64,000 nt of DNA from an uncultured delta proteobacterium (GTDB lineage Bacteria; Myxococcota; Myxococcia; SLRQ01): assembly GCA_963727485.1 (NCBI GenBank), contig CAVSGM010000002.1, forward strand, positions 1,216,001 to 1,280,000, written 5' to 3'. The translations under genes and the position numbers were made by a program. The notes below the pieces were generated by a model, which saw only the letters and a list, made by a program, of their open reading frames with translations, was not told the origin of the DNA and did not search any database. Each line of letters opens with the position of its first letter. Positions within the stretch are counted from its first letter, which is position 1. This document shows positions 60,103-64,000 of the stretch, one piece after another.

Positions 60103-61526
60103 TGCCCGGCCGCCACGCCGGCGATCCCCTCGACCGGGCCCGGGCGCGGGTCCGGGAGAGCGGGGGTGCCGAGCTCCTCGAGCGCCTCGAGCACCTGGAG
60201 GCGAGCCGGGGCCCGCGCCCGGCCCCCGAGCCCCCGGCCCCCCCGGCCCCGGGCACCCGTCCCGACTACGACGTGGTCCTCGCCGGCGGGGGCCTGTCGA
60301 TCCTCCTGGCACCGGTGCTCGCCGACGCCGGCCTCTCGGTGGCGGTGCTGGAGCGGGGCCGGGCCGGGGTGGTCCACCGGGAGTGGAACGCCAGCCGCCC
60401 CGAGCTCGAGGCCCTCACCCGCGCGGGCCTGTTCACCGAAGCCGAGGTCGACGCGCTGGTGATCGCCCGCTACGACCACGGCGTCTGCCGGTGGCACGGC
60501 GGCGGCGCCTACCCGGTCCGCGGGGTCCTCGACCACGCGGTGGACGCCGGCCGCCTCCTCCCCGAGGTACGGCGCCGGGCCGAGGCCCGGGGGGTCACCT
60601 TCCTCGATCACCACCCGGTGGTCGGCGAGGCCGCCGGGAGGGACGCCCTCGCCGTCTCCGTGGACCTTGGCGGGCGCCGGGAGACGGTCGTCGCCCGGAT
60701 CCTCGTCGACGGCCGGGGCGCGGCGAGCCCCTATGCCACCGCCGACCTCCTCTGCCCCACCGTGGGCGGGGTCCTCGGGTCGGTGGACCAGGACCCGCAG
60801 GTGGGCGACATCCTCGCCACCACCGAGGACGTGGAGGACGGCCGCCAGCACATCTGGGAGGCCTTCCCCGGGCGCCCCGGCGAGACCGCCGTGTACCTGT
60901 TCTACTACGCCCCGGCGGCCCGGGTGCGGCCCGGCGCGCTCCTCTCGCTCTACGCCCGGTTCTTCGAGCGGCGCCCCGGCTACCTCGCCGGCGAGGGGCG
61001 GCTGCTCCGGCCGACCTTCGGCTACATCCCCGGGTGGTCGCGGCTCACCCCGGCGCCGCGGGCCCCGGGCCGCCGGGTGGTCCTGGTGGGCGACGCCGCC
61101 GCCCGCCACTCGCCCCTGACCTACTGCGGCTTCGGGGCCATGCTCCGCTCGCTGGCGCCGGCGTCCGAGGGCATCGCCCGGGCGGTGGACGGCGGGGCGC
61201 GGGGATCGGTGGTCGACGACCGGTCGATCCACGCGGGCACCGGCGCCCTCTCGGCCCTGATGGCCCGGCCCGACCCCGACCCGGCCCGGGCCGCCGACCT
61301 CAACCGCCTCCTCGACGCCGCCTTCGCCACCCTCCACGACGACCTCGGCCAGGCCGACTACGCGGCGCTCCTCCAGGACCGGATGGACCCGAGGACCTTC
61401 CTGCGCTTCCTCCGCCTCACCGCGGCGAAGCGCCCGGAGGTCTACCGGCAGGTGTTCCGGCGCCTGGGGGCGGCGAAGGTCGCGCGGTGGGGCGCGGGGC
61501 TCGCCCGGGCGGGGATCCGTGGCTGA
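60099..61526 (+). CDS. cruA: CruA-family (FixC-like) lycopene cyclase
   Basis: YDVVLAGG, REWNASR.EL, GVLDHAVD, CPTVG, GDIL....D...GRQHIWEAFP, YLFYY, PTFGYIPG, GDAA..HSPLTYCGFG; these motifs are recalled from CruA/CruP proteins. Start overlaps the crtB stop (ATGA). Confidence 0.78.
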   Translation: MMPGRHAGDPLDRARARVRESGGAELLERLEHLEASRGPRPAPEPPAPPAPGTRPDYDVVLAGGGLSILLAPVLADAGLSVAVLERGRAGVVHREWNASRPELEALTRAGLFTEAEVDALVIARYDHGVCRWHGGGAYPVRGVLDHAVDAGRLLPEVRRRAEARGVTFLDHHPVVGEAAGRDALAVSVDLGGRRETVVARILVDGRGAASPYATADLLCPTVGGVLGSVDQDPQVGDILATTEDVEDGRQHIWEAFPGRPGETAVYLFYYAPAARVRPGALLSLYARFFERRPGYLAGEGRLLRPTFGYIPGWSRLTPAPRAPGRRVVLVGDAAARHSPLTYCGFGAMLRSLAPASEGIARAVDGGARGSVVDDRSIHAGTGALSALMARPDPDPARAADLNRLLDAAFATLHDDLGQADYAALLQDRMDPRTFLRFLRLTAAKRPEVYRQVFRRLGAAKVARWGAGLARAGIRG

Positions 61527-62004
61527 CCCCGTCCTCCGCCGGCACCTCGCCCGGCGGCCACCCGAGCTCCGCCGGGCCCCGGAACAGGCCATAGGGCGCC
61601 CCCGCGCGCCGGTGGTGCACCAGGTGGGCGGCGCGGATCCGCGCCAGGGACGGCACGTGGGCGAGGGAGCCCACCTTGAGCCGCCCGTGGACCAGCCCGT
61701 CGTGGACCACCACGTAGGCCAGCCCGAAGGCGGTCATCCCCAGGCCCACGGCGAAGGCCACCTCCCGGAGCACCCCCACCGGCCCCAGGCACCCGTAGAG
61801 GATGAGGGCGATGGCCGGGGGCGCGTGGAGCACCGAGAACACGTCGTTGGCCTCGAAGCGGCCGAGGCGGCGCCGGTGGTGGCTCCGGTGGATGCGCCAC
61901 AGGGCCCCATGCCACACCTTGCGGTGGAGGAAGGCGGCCCAGGGCTCCATGAGCACCGCCACCGCCGCGCCGACACCGATCCAGATCGCGAGCTTCAGCC
62001 ACAT
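61417..62004 (-). CDS. crtZ: Beta-carotene hydroxylase (fatty acid hydroxylase superfamily)
   Basis: ME..A...HRKVWHG.LW.IHRSHH, FEAND, GMTAFGLAY..VHDGLVHGR, AAHLVHH, PYGLF. Confidence 0.9.
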   Translation of the reverse strand: MWLKLAIWIGVGAAVAVLMEPWAAFLHRKVWHGALWRIHRSHHRRRLGRFEANDVFSVLHAPPAIALILYGCLGPVGVLREVAFAVGLGMTAFGLAYVVVHDGLVHGRLKVGSLAHVPSLARIRAAHLVHHRRAGAPYGLFRGPAELGWPPGEVPAEDGVSHGSPPGRAPRPTARPSPPPGAGTPAGRPPGASPR

Positions 62005-62030
62005 CTCCACACCTCGCTTGGAGGCAGAGC

Positions 62031-62780
62031 ATGATCCCGGCGAACAAGGGCCGCCTCTTCGACGCCGTCTTCGCCGGCCACGCCGAGCGGCGCCTGCGCC
62101 GGACCTTCGCCCGGGCGCGGATCCAGGGCCTCGGGGTCGCGGCGGCGGCCCGGGACCGCGCGCCGCTGCTGTTGGTCTCCAACCATGTCTCCTGGTGGGA
62201 CCCGCTGGTGGCCCTGTGGCTCTCCCGCCGGGTGCTCCACCTCGACGGCCACGCCCTGATGGACGCGGCGAACCTCCGGCGGCTCCCCTTCTTCCGCCGG
62301 GTGGGCGCCTTCGGGGTCGACCTCACCGATCCCCGGGACGGGGCCCGGGCCCTGCGCTACGGGGCGCGGCTCCTCGACCGGCCCGGGCGCATGGTCTGGG
62401 TGTTCCCGGAGGGACGCGAGCGGCCCGGCGGGGGACGCCCCCTGCCGTTCTTGCCCGGGGCGGCGGCCATGGCGCGCCTGGCCCCGGACGCGGTGGTGCT
62501 CCCGGTGGGCCTCGCCTACGTCTTCGCCGGCACCGAGCGGCCGGACCTCTACGTCTCCGTCGGCGCCGCCCTCCCGGCGGTGATCGATCCGGCCGAAGGG
62601 GCCCGGGCCCAGGCCGAGGCGGTGGCCGCCGAGCTCGACCGGATCGCCGGCGCCGTCGCCGGCCGGGACGCGGGCTTCGAGACCCGGCTGGCCCACGGCC
62701 GGCGCCTGGCCTCGGCGGCCGAGGGCACCCTGGCGAGGCTCACGGCGCCCCATGGAGCCCACCTGCGCGATCGAGGGTGA
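62031..62780 (+). CDS. PlsC-type acyltransferase, probable carotenoid-glycoside acyltransferase
   Basis: SNHVSWWD, FFRRVGAF, WVFPEG; GGAGG RBS; crt context. Confidence 0.8.
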   Translation: MIPANKGRLFDAVFAGHAERRLRRTFARARIQGLGVAAAARDRAPLLLVSNHVSWWDPLVALWLSRRVLHLDGHALMDAANLRRLPFFRRVGAFGVDLTDPRDGARALRYGARLLDRPGRMVWVFPEGRERPGGGRPLPFLPGAAAMARLAPDAVVLPVGLAYVFAGTERPDLYVSVGAALPAVIDPAEGARAQAEAVAAELDRIAGAVAGRDAGFETRLAHGRRLASAAEGTLARLTAPHGAHLRDRG

Positions 62781-63966
62781 GGACCCGGCCCCGCCACACC
62801 ACCCGGCGCCGGCCGAGGACCCGGACGAAGGCGAGGCCGAGGAGGGTGTCGGCGAGGACCGCGTCGACGGCGGTGGCGAGCAGGCCCCGGGGGCGGCCGG
62901 CGAGGCGCCCCCCGAGGCGGGCGACGCCGAGGCGGGCGGCGGCGGCCACGAGGGCGGCGAGGCCGGCGACGGCGGCGGCCAGGGGCGCCCCGCCGGCGAG
63001 CCCCGCCGGGACGACGATTGCCGCGGCGAGGGCGATGAGGGCCGGGGCGAGGAAGAGCCCGGGGTAGCCGGCGAGGCGCCCGGGGCGCTGGGCCCGGATG
63101 ACGAAGAGCCACCGGGCGAGGCGCGCGACGCTCTCCTTGAGGCTGCGGCCCCCGGCCATGGACCGCGCCACCTCGGGGACCATCGCCACCCGGTAGCCCG
63201 CCGCCCGCAGGGATCGGGCCAGGGCCATGTCCTCGCCGAGGACGGTGGCCAGACGCCCGAAGCCCCCGGCGGCCCCAAGCGCCGCCGGCCGGACCGCGAA
63301 GACCTTGCCCACCATCCCCCCGGGGTCGAGGCCGGCCAGCAGGGGGAAGGCGTGGAGGGAGGCGCCGAGGAGGGCCTGGGAGGCCCGGTCGCCGAGGGTC
63401 CTTGCGGGCGCCGCCTCCACCGGCGGGGCCCAGGTGGCGCCCACCCGGGGATTGGCGAAGGGCGCGAGGAGGGCGGCGAGGTCGAAGCCGGTGAGGTCCA
63501 CGTCGCTGTCGACACAGGCGAGCGGGGCGTCGCCGGCGCCGGCGGCGTCGAGGACGGTGGCCAGCTGGGCGGCCTTGCGGTTGGGGCCCGGGGCGAAGGT
63601 GACCACCACCCGGGCGGCGTGGCCCCGCGCCCGGAGGGTGGCGCAGGCGCGCTCGGCCGCCGCGCGCCCCGGGTCCCCGGGATCGGCGACGAGGACGGTG
63701 AGGCGGAAGGCGCCCCGGGCGGCGGCGGTGGCGACGAGGCGGGCCTCGAGGCCGTCCTCGTCGCCGGCGCAGGGGCGGAGGAGCTCGACGGGGGCGGTCG
63801 GCGCGGCGGACGCGACCGCTTCGGCGGGATCGGCGCCGCGGTGGCCGGTGCCGGACACGGGCGCGCCGCCGAAGCGCCGGCGGGCCCGGGCCGCGGCGAT
63901 CCCCGCCGCCCCGGCGACGCCGAGGGCCCAGAGGAGGAGCAGCGCCGAGGCCCAGGCGAGCATCAC
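62740..63966 (-). CDS. Membrane GT-A glycosyltransferase (GT2/GT21-like), probable carotenoid glycosyltransferase
   Basis: LLRPCAG, NRKAAQL, VDSDV, GEDMAL, RLARW; N- and C-terminal TM helices. Confidence 0.75.
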   Translation of the reverse strand: MMLAWASALLLLWALGVAGAAGIAAARARRRFGGAPVSGTGHRGADPAEAVASAAPTAPVELLRPCAGDEDGLEARLVATAAARGAFRLTVLVADPGDPGRAAAERACATLRARGHAARVVVTFAPGPNRKAAQLATVLDAAGAGDAPLACVDSDVDLTGFDLAALLAPFANPRVGATWAPPVEAAPARTLGDRASQALLGASLHAFPLLAGLDPGGMVGKVFAVRPAALGAAGGFGRLATVLGEDMALARSLRAAGYRVAMVPEVARSMAGGRSLKESVARLARWLFVIRAQRPGRLAGYPGLFLAPALIALAAAIVVPAGLAGGAPLAAAVAGLAALVAAAARLGVARLGGRLAGRPRGLLATAVDAVLADTLLGLAFVRVLGRRRVVWRGRVLTLDRAGGLHGAP

Positions 63967-64000
63967 GCCGCCTCCCGTCGCATCCGGAACCCCAGGAGGA
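63963..64000 (-). CDS. 3' end of an upstream gene continuing beyond the window
   Basis: ...LLGFRMRREAA-TGA overlapping the glycosyltransferase start region, which suggests a coupled operon. Confidence 0.4.
   Translation of the reverse strand, partial: LLGFRMRREAA

Overview
Very GC-rich bacterial DNA, most likely from a Myxococcota/deltaproteobacterial genome. This is inferred from two giant surface proteins with MYXO-CTERM-type tails and from DAG/DGG-repeat lipoproteins. The window is gene-dense, with about 48 genes. Left to right it holds: a type I asparaginase, two GIN-domain proteins, a beta-propeller lipoprotein, a dihaem cytochrome c, xdhAB, an internally deleted AAA/DUF4143 gene behind a 41-bp palindrome, a REC-EAL protein, an MFS transporter, a UGA(Sec)-containing selD, a Fur-box-preceded beta-barrel plus small cytochrome c, an orphan 539-aa gene, transport and housekeeping genes, the two MYXO-CTERM proteins and an SNF2 helicase. 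The right end is an isoprenoid supercluster: an ispB-aroF-menG-menF-menD-menH-menA-menC operon without menB/menE, divergent from crtI-crtB-cruA-like plus crtZ, an acyltransferase and a glycosyltransferase. The most notable points are the CruA-type lycopene cyclase in an apparently non-phototrophic context, the interleaved opposite-strand crt genes with no room for promoters, the selenocysteine recoding of SelD, and the repeated operator-like motifs in the men/crt spacer. At least eight single-base frameshifts and an insertion-riddled tandem duplicate suggest long-read assembly errors rather than real pseudogenes. I saw no CRISPR array, rRNA, tRNA or transposase. All product calls come from motif recognition by eye; no database searches were run.
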